DNA from: an uncultured Acidimicrobiaceae bacterium
GTDB lineage: Bacteria; Actinomycetota; Acidimicrobiia; Acidimicrobiales; RAAP-2
DNA length: 64,000 nt
Assembly: GCA_963808355.1 (NCBI GenBank)
Contig: CAWEFL010000003.1
Coordinates: 112,153-176,152 of the forward strand
Direction: 5' to 3'
The notes beneath the pieces were generated by a model, which was not told the DNA's origin, made no database searches, and saw only the letters and a list, made by a program, of their open reading frames with translations. Every line of letters starts with the position of its first letter. Within the stretch, counting starts at the first letter, position 1. Shown in pieces: positions 1-9,458 of the stretch. Made by a program: the position numbers and the translations under genes.

Positions 1-190
1 CCCACGGGCCGATGTCGTCGAAGAAGTCGAGCGGCGGATAGAGCCCGTCGTCCTCGCCCTCCTCCGGCCCCGGTTCGACCGGCGGCCGGTCGCCCAGGGG
101 CCTCGGCTCCCGTGTGGCCAGGTACCCGACGTACGGCGCGAGCCCCAGTGGGAAGTGCGGTTGGGGCGGTCCGGGCGGGTGGCCCTGCAT
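1..190 (-). CDS. N-terminal part of a hypothetical Pro/Gly-rich protein (continues past left edge)
   Basis: ATG at 190-188 on the minus strand. The frame is open to the window edge (MQGHPPGPPQPHFPLGLAPYVGYLATREPRPLGDRPPVEPGPEEGEDDGLYPPLDFFDDIGPW). Third codon positions are almost all G/C. No family recognised. Confidence 0.35.
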   Translation of the reverse strand, partial: MQGHPPGPPQPHFPLGLAPYVGYLATREPRPLGDRPPVEPGPEEGEDDGLYPPLDFFDDIGPW

Positions 191-246
191 GGACCCACGT
201 TAGCCGTGGGCAATCGCCGCGAGCCGAGCCGTTATGGTCACGTGCC

Positions 247-2553
247 ATGACCGAACATCAAGAGATCGGCTTCACGGCGGCGGAGTCGACACCACGCTTC
301 CCCCACGACCCCAAGCCGCAAGCCGGCGCCCCGAACGTCGTGGTCGTCGTCCTCGACGACACCGGCTTCGCGCACCTGGGCTCGTTCGGCTCTGACATCG
401 CCACGCCGCACATGGACCGCCTGGCCACCGAGGGCGCGCCGTTCAACCGCTTCCACGTCACCGCGCTGTGCTCGCCGACCGCGGGCCTGCCTCCTGACCG
501 GGCGGAACCATCACGCGGTCGGGCTGGGCTTCCTCACCGACATCCCACTCGGCTTCCCCGGCTACCACGGGCGGCTGGCCAAGACCGCGGCGACCCTGCC
601 CCGTCTCCTGCGGGACGCCGGCTACTCGACGCTGGCGGTCGGCAAGTGGCATCTGACCCCGCGCTGGCAGCGCTCGGCCGCCGGCCCGTTCGACACCTGG
701 CCCCTCGGCCTCGGGTTCGAGCGCTACTACGGCTTCCTCCAGGGCGACACCAACCACTGGACGCCCAACCTGCTGTGCGACAACCACTACATCGATCCGC
801 CGCGGCGGCCCGAGGAGGGCTACCACCTGAGCGAGGACCTGGCCGACCAGGCGATCCGCATGGTGCAGGACCAGCAGCAGGCGGCGCCGGGCAAGCCGTT
901 CTTCCTGTACCTCGCGTTCGGCGCCATGCACGCGCCCCATCACGTGGCGCCCGAGTGGGTGGAGCCCTACCGCGGGCTCTTCGACAAGGGCTGGGACGCG
1001 TGGCGGGACGAGGTGTTCGCGCGCCAGCTCGCCGCGGGCGTGGTGCCCGAGGGCACCGACGCTCACCGAGCGGCCCCCGTGGGTCAGCGCTTGGGGCGAC
1101 CTCTCGGCGGACGAGCGGCGCATGTTCGCGCGCGCAACAGGAGGTCTTCGCCGGCTTCCTCACCCACACCGACGCGCAGATCGGCCGAGTCCTCGACACG
1201 CTCGGGGCGGCTCGGGCACCTCGACAACACGCTGGTGATGGTGTTCTCCGACAACGGCGCCAGCGCCGAGGGCGGCACGCCAGGGCACCTTCAACGAGCA
1301 CCGATTCACCGCGCACAGCCGAGAGTCGTTGGCGGAGCAACCTGGCCCGCTACGACGACTGGGGCGGCTTCACGACCTACAACCACTACTCGTGGGGGTG
1401 GGCCTGGGCGGGCAACACGCCGTACCGCCTCTGGAAGCGCTACACCTGGCTGGGCGGGACCCGGACGCCGCTCATCGTGCACTGGCCCGGGCACGGATCG
1501 CCCGCCCCGGGGCGGTCCGGCCCCAGTTCGCCCACGCGATCGACCTGATGCCCACCGTGCTCGAGCGCGGCCGGGCTGGAGGCGCCCGAGCAGGTCGACG
1601 GCGTGGCCCAGCAGCCGGTCGAGGGCCGCAGCCTGCATGCCCGCCCTGGGCGACCCGGGCGTGGCCGAGAGGCCGCGCACACCAGTACTTCGAGATGCTC
1701 GGCTCGCGCTCCATCTACCACGACGGGTGGAAGGCGACGACGGACCACATCAGCACCGGCGTGCTCGACGAGGAGGAGCTGGCCGTCGGGAGCCGACGAC
1801 TTCGACGAGGACCGCTGGGAGCTCTTCGACCTGGAAACGGACTTCTCGGAGGCGCACGACCGCGCCGGTGGCGAGCCCGAACGGCTGCGGCACCTCACCG
1901 ACCTATGGACGGCCGAGGCCGCCCGCAACAACGTGCTCCCCATCTCCGACGGGCTGGTCGACCGCCTGGCCGGCTTCATCCCGGCCGCGTGGCCGGCGGG
2001 GCAGGACCGCGTCTTCCGCCCTGGCGGCGGCCCGGTGTGCGACGAGTCGGTCCCGCTTGCTGTGGGGCGGCTTCCACATGACGGCGGACGTCGACGTCCA
2101 CGCGGACGCCGGGGCGAACGGCGTGGTCTTCGCGCTGGGCGACTGGTTCGGTGGCTATGCCCTCTACGCGGTGGACGGCCGCATGCACTTCAGCTTCGCC
2201 CGCTCCATCGACACCCTGGAGTTGGCAAGCCCCCGAGCCGCTGGCCGCCGGGCGCCACGAAATCGCCGTCTTCTACGGCCTGGGCGAGGGCCCGCACGCC
2301 CCCGGGCGGATGGTGCTCCTGGTGGACGGCGCCGCGGTCGGCGAGATCCCCGTCGAAGGGACACTCCCCCTCGCGCTGCAGCACGGTGGCGCGGGGCTTC
2401 GCCTCGGCTACGACGGCGGGTTCCCGGTGTCGCCGCGCTACGCAGCCGCCGGCGCCGTTCGCGGGGGTGGTGCACCAGCTGCGGGTGGAGGCGCCGGGGG
2501 CGCTGCAAGCCGACCCGGACGACGAGGTGCGGGCCGCGCTGCACGCGGACTGA
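247..2553 (+). pseudogene. arylsulfatase (formylglycine-type sulfatase family), about 14 frame changes
   Basis: ATG 247. The N-terminus NVVVVVLDDTGFAHLGSFGSDIATPHMDRLA...TALCSPT is the sulfatase metal-binding and C-x-P-x-R region. Family-typical sequence then continues in alternating frames (CLLTGRNHHAVGLGF..., KPFFLYLAFGAMHAPHH, DNTLVMVFSDNGASAEGG, YNHYSWGWAWAGNTPYRLWKRYTWLGGTRTPLIVHWPG, RPQFAHAIDLMPTVLE, RWELFDLETDFSEAHD). It ends at TGA 2551-2553. The first break, near 485, falls inside the Cys-x-Pro-x-Arg motif. Confidence 0.85.
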
Positions 2554-2585
2554 CTGGGCGCCGAACGCGGCCGGCGGGAGAGACT

Positions 2586-3101
2586 TCAGGAGGGCAGAGC
2601 GTCGCGGGCGTGCCCGAGATGCTCACGGGTGTGTCGTGCTCCGACGGCCGCCAACGCCACGACCGGGAAGGGGCGTCCGCCGGCGGGCCCGAACGGTGCG
2701 CTGCGGTCGAGCTCGTCGTCGCGCAGGGCCCGGAGGAGGGACTGGAGCTGCGCGCCGTTCTGCTCGAGGAGGGCGAGCGTCTCGTCCCGGCCGACCGCCT
2801 CCATGCGCTCGGCGTGCGCCGCGTTGTCGCGGTCGATGTCCTCCGCCGTCTCGGCCACTCCCTCGCCGCTGGTCATGTCCTGGAGCCAGCGCACGCCGTG
2901 GCCGTGGCCTACCGCGATGTGGTGCAGCACCACGCCCACCGACCAGCCCTCTCCGGGCACGGGCGCCTTCCACTCCGAATCGGTGCACCCACGCACGAAC
3001 GCCATCGCCTCCGCATTGGCCGCTGCGAAGTCGTCGGCCAGCGCGAGGGCCCGTCCACTCGCCGCACTCGCCTCACTCGCCTCGCTCGCCTCACTCGCCA
3101 T
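2586..3101 (-). CDS. DinB-family (DinB_2 / mycothiol-transferase-like) protein
   Basis: Intact 171-aa ORF. His-rich four-helix-bundle signature (VVLHHIAVGHGHGVRWL ... ARHTREHLGHA). The N-terminal (EAS)n comes from a 9-nt repeat. Confidence 0.7.
   Translation of the reverse strand: MASEASEASEASAASGRALALADDFAAANAEAMAFVRGCTDSEWKAPVPGEGWSVGVVLHHIAVGHGHGVRWLQDMTSGEGVAETAEDIDRDNAAHAERMEAVGRDETLALLEQNGAQLQSLLRALRDDELDRSAPFGPAGGRPFPVVALAAVGARHTREHLGHARDALPS
3064..3099. repeat. 9-nt tandem repeat, 4 units (GCACTCGCC TCACTCGCC TCGCTCGCC TCACTCGCC)
   Basis: Read directly. It spans the DinB start region and the restored panE stop codon (3091-3093). Confidence 0.8.
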
Positions 3102-4069
3102 GGGGCACCCCCGCCAGCGCGCTCAGCTCCTCGATCCGCCACGAACCGGGCGCCGCCCCTTCGGCCGCAGCCCGTAGGGCCAGGTGCTCGAGTAGTGCGT
3201 TCACCGGCGTCGCCACGCCGTGCAGCGCGCCCAGCAGGACAATCTCGCCGTTGAGGAACGTCCGCCTCAATCGACCCGGCGCCGCGGGCCAGGCTCTGCC
3301 AGCTCGACCCGCCCCGCCACTGGCCGGACGGCGTGGTCGCCAGCTGCAGGTGGTCGCCGCGCCGCTCCCGGTCCTCCTCGGCGCTGGCGACCTCGATGCC
3401 GGCGGCGGCCAACGCCTCCTTCCCCTCGCGTTGCGCCTCCTTGGCCAGCGGGCTGAAGCGGCCCTCGGGCCCGCACAGCGCCTCGACGGCGTTGGCCAGG
3501 TTCATGAGCAGCTTGCGGTACTTCCAGCGCATGATGTCGGCCCGGGCGACGGACTGGAACGTCGTGGCGTCGATGGCGTCGGCGATCGACTGCCCGGCCT
3601 CGTCCACCCCCTCGGGGTAGCGGCCGAGGTCCATGAGGCCGGTGACGGGCGCCGAGTGCACCTGCACCACGCCCGGCCGCAGCTGGGTGGCGGGGCACAT
3701 GACGCACATGCCGTAGGTGTTGTCGAAGCGGCGCCGCACACGCCGCTCGTTCTCGACGCCGTTCTGCATGCAGACCACGGATGTCCCGGGCGGCGCCACC
3801 GCCAGCTGCGTCAGCGCTTCCTCGGTGTGCTGCCCCTTGACGGCGAGCAGCACGACGGTGTCGTCGCTCCAGTCCAGGCGGGCCACGTCCGCGGCGGCGG
3901 GGATCCGCAGGGTGACGCTCTCGTCCGGCGCCTCGAGCTTCAGGCCGTGCGTCCGCAGGGCTTTCCCGTGGGCCCCGCGGGCGACGAGCGTGACGTCGTG
4001 CCCCTTCTGGAACAGCCGGGCGCCCACGGCGCCGCCGATGGCGCCGGCACCGAAGACGACGAATCGCAT
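3091..4069 (-). pseudogene. panE: 2-dehydropantoate 2-reductase (ketopantoate reductase), one frameshift
   Basis: MRFVVFGAGAIGGAVGARL Rossmann start and ApbA/PanE-like body. After ...GGSSWQSLARGAGSIEAD the family-typical LNGEIVLLGALHGVATPVNALLEHL... continues in the next frame. One extra base near 3262 accounts for the shift. The restored stop is at 3091-3093. Confidence 0.7.
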
Positions 4070-4148
4070 GGCGGCACTCTGCCACGTCGCCGGGCCGCGC
4101 CGGGCGGCCAGGGAAACGGGACGGGGACGGGGGTCCTCGACCGGGTGC

Positions 4149-4887
4149 CTACGTGGTGAGGGTCATCCCGCCGTCGACCACGACGACCTGTCCGGTGACG
4201 TAGTCGGCGCGCGTCAGGGACAGCACGACCTCGGCCACGTCCGCGGGCCGCCCGGAGCGCCGCAGCGGCGCCATCTGCTGCACCGCGGCGCGGATGACGT
4301 CCCAGTCCGCCGTCCAGGGCGTGTCGACCAGGCCCGGCGCCACCGCGTTCACGCGCACCTCGGGGCCGACCACCTTGGCCAGAAGCACGGTCTGGTGGTG
4401 CAGCGCCGCCTTGCTCGATGCGTACGGGATGGACGAACCGGTGGGCCGCACGCCGGCGATCGACCCGACGTTGACCACCGAGCCCCGGCTCTCGCGCAAC
4501 GCCGGCATGGCCGCGACGCTCATGGCCCACGACCCGAACACGTTGAGCTCGAAGATGCGTCGCCACACGTCGACGGATGCCGCCGCGATGTCGTGGTGTG
4601 GGATCACGGCGGTGGTCCCGGCGTTGTTCACGAGGGTGTCGAGGCGCCCCCAGCGGCCGAGGGCCGCCGCCACGAGGCGCTCGGGCGTGCCCGCCTCGGT
4701 GATGTCACCCTGCACGTAGAGGGCGTCGCGGCAGCGAGGCCGCCACCGCCTCCCCCTCCGAGACCGAGCGCGCCGAATTGACGAGAACGGCGGCGCCCGC
4801 GTCGGCGAAGGCGCGGGCCGTCGCCTCCCCGATGCCGCTCGACGAGCCGGTGACCAATGCAACGTGCCCGTCGAGGGGGGCGCTCAC
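4149..4887 (-). pseudogene. SDR family oxidoreductase, one frameshift
   Basis: The N-terminal piece (4887-4705) has VALVTGSSSGIGEATARAF. The body (from about 4735) has NNAG, S...YxxxK (YASSKAAL) and VNAVAPGLVDT. The frame change is near 4735. Confidence 0.8.
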
Positions 4888-4894
4888 CGTGCCC

Positions 4895-5840
4895 TCACCG
4901 CGGCGTGATGCCCCAACGGGCCGCCCACTCCTGCCCCGGCTGCAGCGCGATCACGTCCTTGCCGCTGCGCAGCGCGTTCGGGGGGCACGTCATCGGCTCT
5001 ATCGCGATCGCCCGTCGGCGGCGCGGGACGTCGGTGAGCGTGTCGCCCGTGTACACCATGACATAGGGGAAGCCGCGGTCGGCCCACAGCTCGGCCCCGG
5101 TGGCGCCGCCGGGCGCATCGAGGCCGGCGCGGGCGATGCCAGCCGCGTCACGGTCCAACGTGGTGTAGGCCGTATCGAGGACGGCGGGACCCACGAAGCG
5201 CGCCGTCGTGAAGTCGCGCTCGGTGCCCTCGACGGGCGTGCGCGCGCCGGTGGGCAGGCCGCGGTCGTCGAGGTCGAGGGTGTGGCGCGCCGGCACCTGC
5301 AGTATGGCCCCGTCGACGGTCTCGGGCCCCGCCGTGAGGTAGGGGTGGAAGCCCAGGCCGAAGGGGACCGGGCCGTCCTCCATCGACTGGGCCTTGGTGG
5401 TGACGGTCAGGCCGTCGCGGCCGACGTGGTACTCGATCTCGAGCAGAAGCGAGAACGGGTAGCCGGGCGAGGGATGGAGCTGGAGCCGCAGCGAGACCTG
5501 GTTCTGGTGGCGCGGTCTGGAGCGTCCACGGCAGCCAGCGCACGAGGCCGTGGATGGCGTTGCGCCGCTCGGGCTCGTCGAGGGCCGCCTGCGCCCGCAC
5601 GCCGTTGAACTCGTAGCGCCCGTCGGCCAGGCGGTTCGGCCAGGGGGCCAGGACCTGGCCCCGTCCCGAATGGGACCACTCGTGCGGGCCGAAACCATCG
5701 AGCACGGGCGTGTCCCCCACGGTGTACGAGCGCAGCGTGGCGCCCACCTCGCAGACGACGAGGTCCTGGCGCCCGTGCCCGATGCGCCATTGCTGCCCGG
5801 TCGGCGAGGCGACCGAGATCCTGGGGGTGCGGGGGTTCAT
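4895..5840 (-). pseudogene. aldose 1-epimerase (galactose mutarotase-like) family protein, one frameshift
   Basis: ATG 5840. ...GQVLAPWPNRLADGRYEFNG...NAIHGLVRWLPWTL, then HQNQVSLRLQLHPSPGYPF...GFHPYL...IAIEPMTCPPNALRSG in another frame. The switch is near 5513. Confidence 0.8.
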
Positions 5841-5978
5841 GGCGTGTGAATTGAACCACCCCGGCTCGCGGCGAGGGGGAGGGTCGGCCGAGTGCCCGCG
5901 ACAGGAGCGTGACCGGGTCGGGAAGGCACGGTGACCGCCCCGGGGCGCGACGGGGTGGGCCGGTAGCGTGCAGCCTGC

Positions 5979-6905
5979 GTGAGGATTCTCGTCACCAACG
6001 ACGACGGAGTGGGGGCGCCGGGGCTGGCGGCCCTGACCCGGGCCGTGCTGGGGTGGGCGGAGTCCCAGCACGAGGTCGTCGTGGTGGCGCCGAGCTCGAA
6101 CTACAGCGGAGGCGCCGCGGCCGTCGGGTCGGTGACGGACCGGACCACGATCACCTACCAGCGCGCCTTCGTCGAGGGGGCCGAGCAGGTGGAGGCCTAC
6201 GGGCTCGATGCGTCGCCGGCGTTGTCCGTGATCGCCGGCGCCCTCGGCGCGGTCGGCCCGAAGCCGGATCTCGTGCTCTCGGGCATCAACCACGGGGTCA
6301 ACGTGGGACGGTCGGTGCTGCACTCGGGCACGGTGGGCGCCGCGCTGACGGCCAGCCAGCTCGGGATCAGCGCGTTGGCCGTATCGCTGCGCGCGGGTGC
6401 CGACCCGGACCCGTGGGACTCCGCAGCCGCGCTGGCCGTCGCGCTCCTCCCGGTCCTCGTGGGGGCGCCCGCGCGCACCGTCCTCAACCTGAACGTGCCG
6501 GCCCTCCCGCTTCAAGAGATCCGCGGCGTGCGCTGGGCCCGCGTGAGCGGCGCGGGTCTCATCAAGTCGGCCCGCGGTGGCGGAGCCGTGGTCGGGGACG
6601 GGACCTGGGTGGCGCCCAACCGCCAGGAGATGGAGGGCCCCGCCGCGGCCGAGGCGGCCCGCTCGGTCATGGAGGGCGAGCCCGAGGAGAAGGGCGAGAT
6701 CGTGCTGACGGTGGGCTCGCCCTTCCCCCATTCGGGCGACCTGGGGCTGGCCGACGCCGGCACCGAGGACGCGACCCTGGTGGCGCAGGGCTACGCCGCG
6801 CTGACGGCCCTGCGCGGCCCCCGAGCCGAGGACGACCCCGAGCTCCTGTCGCAGCTCGACGGCGGGCTGGGCCCGGCGCTCGGAGGGTTCGAGTTCGCCG
6901 GCTGA
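5979..6905 (+). CDS. surE: 5'/3'-nucleotidase SurE
   Basis: Intact 308 aa with MRILVTNDDGVGAPGL and SGINHGVNVG motifs. Confidence 0.9.
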   Translation: MRILVTNDDGVGAPGLAALTRAVLGWAESQHEVVVVAPSSNYSGGAAAVGSVTDRTTITYQRAFVEGAEQVEAYGLDASPALSVIAGALGAVGPKPDLVLSGINHGVNVGRSVLHSGTVGAALTASQLGISALAVSLRAGADPDPWDSAAALAVALLPVLVGAPARTVLNLNVPALPLQEIRGVRWARVSGAGLIKSARGGGAVVGDGTWVAPNRQEMEGPAAAEAARSVMEGEPEEKGEIVLTVGSPFPHSGDLGLADAGTEDATLVAQGYAALTALRGPRAEDDPELLSQLDGGLGPALGGFEFAG

Positions 6906-6969
6906 CGCCACGCCGCGGCGGCGGCCCACCGGTCGGCGCGGCGGGCTTGCATGCTTCGTGACCCGCCGT

Positions 6970-7416
6970 CTACTCGTCGTCGACGCGGGGCCCCCGGCGC
7001 CCACGTTTGACCTCTCCGTGTCGGCGCTTCGTCTGCACCCGGCGCTCCTGTGAGGTCTTGGTCGGACGAGTCGGGCGGCGGACGGGCTCGGCCCTCAGCG
7101 CGTCGTCGAGCTTGGCGGCCAGGCGCTGCAGCGCACGCGCTCGGTTGCGCGCCTGCGAGCGTGACTCGGTCGCGCTCGCCCGCACGACGGGACCGAGCCG
7201 CTGGAGCAGGCGGGCGCGCTGGCGCGGCCCCAGGCTGGGCGAGGCGGTCACGTCGAACTGCACCTCGACCCGGCTGAGGGTGCGGTTGGCGTGCTGGCCA
7301 CCCGGGCCGCCCGACGTGGTGGCGCGCCACGCGACCTCCGACAGCGGGAGGTCGAGTCCCCGGCGGACGTGCAGGACGTCGCCTTCGCCGTCGCCGGACC
7401 GGGAGGAGGTGGGCAC
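6970..7416 (-). CDS. arfB: peptidyl-tRNA hydrolase ArfB (ribosome rescue factor, RF-1 domain)
   Basis: GGQ motif (TSGGPGGQHANRT) and a basic C-terminal tail (RRPTRPTKTSQERRVQTKRRHGEVKRGRR). The GTG start at 7416 is chosen by size (148 aa). The upstream part of the 422-aa track ORF is antisense to the AKR gene. Confidence 0.8.
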   Translation of the reverse strand: MPTSSRSGDGEGDVLHVRRGLDLPLSEVAWRATTSGGPGGQHANRTLSRVEVQFDVTASPSLGPRQRARLLQRLGPVVRASATESRSQARNRARALQRLAAKLDDALRAEPVRRPTRPTKTSQERRVQTKRRHGEVKRGRRGPRVDDE

Positions 7417-7455
7417 CGGGACGAGCGTAGGAGCACACGGATACGCTCCGGGGCC

Positions 7456-8469
7456 ATGGACTATCGGCATCTCGGGAACTCGGGCCTCGAAGTCTCGGCC
7501 CTGGCGTACGGCAACTGGATCACGCACGGCAGCCAGATAGAAGAGGAGGCCGCCAAGGCCTGCGTCCGGGCCTCCCTGGACGAAGGGATCACCACCTTCG
7601 ACACGGCCGACGTCTACGCGCTCGGGCAGGCGGAGACCGTCCTGGGACGGGCGCTCAAGAGCGCGGGCGTGGCACGCGACTCCGTCGAGATCTTCACCAA
7701 GGTGTACTGGCCCACCGGTCCCAACCCCAACAACCGCGGTCTCTCGCGCAAGCACATCTTGGAGTCGTTGCACGCGTCGCTGGCTCGGCTGCAGACGGAC
7801 CACGTCGACCTGCTCCAGGCCCACCGCTACGACTACGAGGCCCCGCTGGAGGAGACGCTGCGCGCCTTCGACGACCTGGTACGCCAGGGCAAGGTGCACT
7901 ACGTGGGGGTGTCGGAGTGGACGGCCGAACAGATCGCGGATGCGCTGCGCCTGGCCGACGACATGGGGTTCGACCGGCTCGTGTCGAACCAGCCCCAGTA
8001 CTCGCTCATCTGGCGGGTGATAGAGGCCGAGGTCGTCCCGCTGTGCGAGAACGAGGGGATCGGGCAGGTCGTGTGGTCCCCGCTGGCCCAGGGGATCCTG
8101 ACCGGCAAGTACCCGCCGGGCGCGGGGGCGGCGCCTCCCGCGGGCACGCGGGCGACCGGCCCCGAGGGCGGCGAGATGGGCTGGCTCCTGCGCGACGAGG
8201 TGCTCGAACCGGTGCAGGCCTACGCCGCACTGTGCCACGAGGCGGGCTACACCCCGGCGGCGGTCGCGCTCAGGTGGGTCCTGCGCAACCAGAACGTCAG
8301 CGCGGCCATCGTGGGGGCCAGCCGGCCCGAGCAGATAAAGGAGAACGTCAAGGCGCTCGACGTCGTGCTCGAGCCCGACTTCGTGGAGGCGATTGAGCAG
8401 GCGCTCGAGCCGACGACGCTGTTCGACCCGGCCTTCACCTTCAGCCCGGCGAACCGAAGCGAGATGTGA
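7456..8469 (+). CDS. aldo/keto reductase
   Basis: ATG 7456. MDYRHLGNSGLEVSALAYGNW..., FDTADVY, HRYD, SNQPQYSL. Intact. Confidence 0.9.
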   Translation: MDYRHLGNSGLEVSALAYGNWITHGSQIEEEAAKACVRASLDEGITTFDTADVYALGQAETVLGRALKSAGVARDSVEIFTKVYWPTGPNPNNRGLSRKHILESLHASLARLQTDHVDLLQAHRYDYEAPLEETLRAFDDLVRQGKVHYVGVSEWTAEQIADALRLADDMGFDRLVSNQPQYSLIWRVIEAEVVPLCENEGIGQVVWSPLAQGILTGKYPPGAGAAPPAGTRATGPEGGEMGWLLRDEVLEPVQAYAALCHEAGYTPAAVALRWVLRNQNVSAAIVGASRPEQIKENVKALDVVLEPDFVEAIEQALEPTTLFDPAFTFSPANRSEM

Positions 8470-8926
8470 ACGACCTCACCGCCAGGGTGGAGTGCGTCCG
8501 CCGCTCCTCGAAGACCCGCACGTACCCGGTGTGCGCGATGCGCCAGCCGTCGGACGTCTTGACGTAGCGGTCGGTGTAGAACGCGGTCCCGCCGATCTGG
8601 AGGTCGGCGGCCGGCACGATGACGAGGTCCTGCAGGTACCACGTGCCCTCGGCGGTGGTGTCCGACGTGAGGGTGATCTCGGGGTGGTGGCCGTGGTGCT
8701 CGGTCACGATGCCAGGATCGCCCAGTGCCTGCGCCAGCCACTCGACGACGGCGCGGCGCCCCTCGAGCTTGGACCGTCCGTCCTCGTAGGAGGTGGTGCA
8801 GTCCTCCGTCAGCAGGGCGCCGAGGGCTTCGAACTGCTTGAGGTCGAGCGTGCGGAAGTAGGCGTACTTCAGCTGGCGGATGGCCTCGAGCTCGGTGGCC
8901 TCTTCCCCGTGCACCCCGTCGCTCAC
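8441..8926 (-). CDS. SnoaL-like / NTF2-fold protein
   Basis: ELEAIRQLKYAYFRTLDLKQFEALGALLTEDC... is typical of the SnoaL_4 type. The GTG start at 8926 is inferred. It overlaps the AKR 3-prime end by 29 nt. Confidence 0.6.
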   Translation of the reverse strand: MSDGVHGEEATELEAIRQLKYAYFRTLDLKQFEALGALLTEDCTTSYEDGRSKLEGRRAVVEWLAQALGDPGIVTEHHGHHPEITLTSDTTAEGTWYLQDLVIVPAADLQIGGTAFYTDRYVKTSDGWRIAHTGYVRVFEERRTHSTLAVRSFTSRFGSPG

Positions 8927-9026
8927 GTCGCACCCCCGTTCGGGCCAGGCGGTCCCCGGCGCGGCGGCCAGGGTAGTTGGGCGACGGGAGCCCCGGAGTT
9001 GGCGGGGGCGGGTGCGGGCGAGCACC

Positions 9027-9458
9027 ATGCACGGTGTGGCGACGATGATCAAGCGGCAGCGCATCGCGACCTACGGCGTCTGCCGCGACGGCGAGGGGCG
9101 CCTGCTGCTGGCCCGGGCCTCCCCCTCCCTCACACTGCAGGGGCGCTGGTTCCTGCCGGGCGGCGGGGTGCAGCACGGCGAGGACCCGCCCGAGTCGCTC
9201 CGTCGCGAGATAGAGGAGGAATCGGGCCTCACGGTCGAGGTCGGCCCGCTGCTCGACGTCCTCTCGGACGTGCGGACGCTTCCCGACGGCGGCAGCCTGC
9301 ACACGGTGCGCCTCGTCTACCGGATTGCGTCGTGGTCAGGCACGTTGCGGCCCGAGTCCGACGGGACCACGGACGCCGTCGGGTGGTTCAGCCCCGAAGA
9401 GGTGACGGAGATGCCCCTGGCCCGCTACGCCCGTGACGTCGTGGAGCGGCTCTTGTGA
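9027..9458 (+). CDS. NUDIX hydrolase
   Basis: Complete Nudix box GGGVQHGEDPPESLRREIEEESGL (Gx5Ex7REUxEExGU). The start at 9027 or 9045 is uncertain. Confidence 0.85.
   Translation: MHGVATMIKRQRIATYGVCRDGEGRLLLARASPSLTLQGRWFLPGGGVQHGEDPPESLRREIEEESGLTVEVGPLLDVLSDVRTLPDGGSLHTVRLVYRIASWSGTLRPESDGTTDAVGWFSPEEVTEMPLARYARDVVERLL

Noticed and set aside
860-4159. 1099-aa ORF. Similar very long track ORFs include 5148-7004, 10798-12633, 14456-16846 and 57835-59751.
   Set aside because: These are high-G+C read-through artefacts or chimeras. Only short parts match real proteins (here two arylsulfatase segments). The rest is Arg/Pro/Ala-rich antisense or off-frame translation of neighbouring genes that have clear family matches in other frames.
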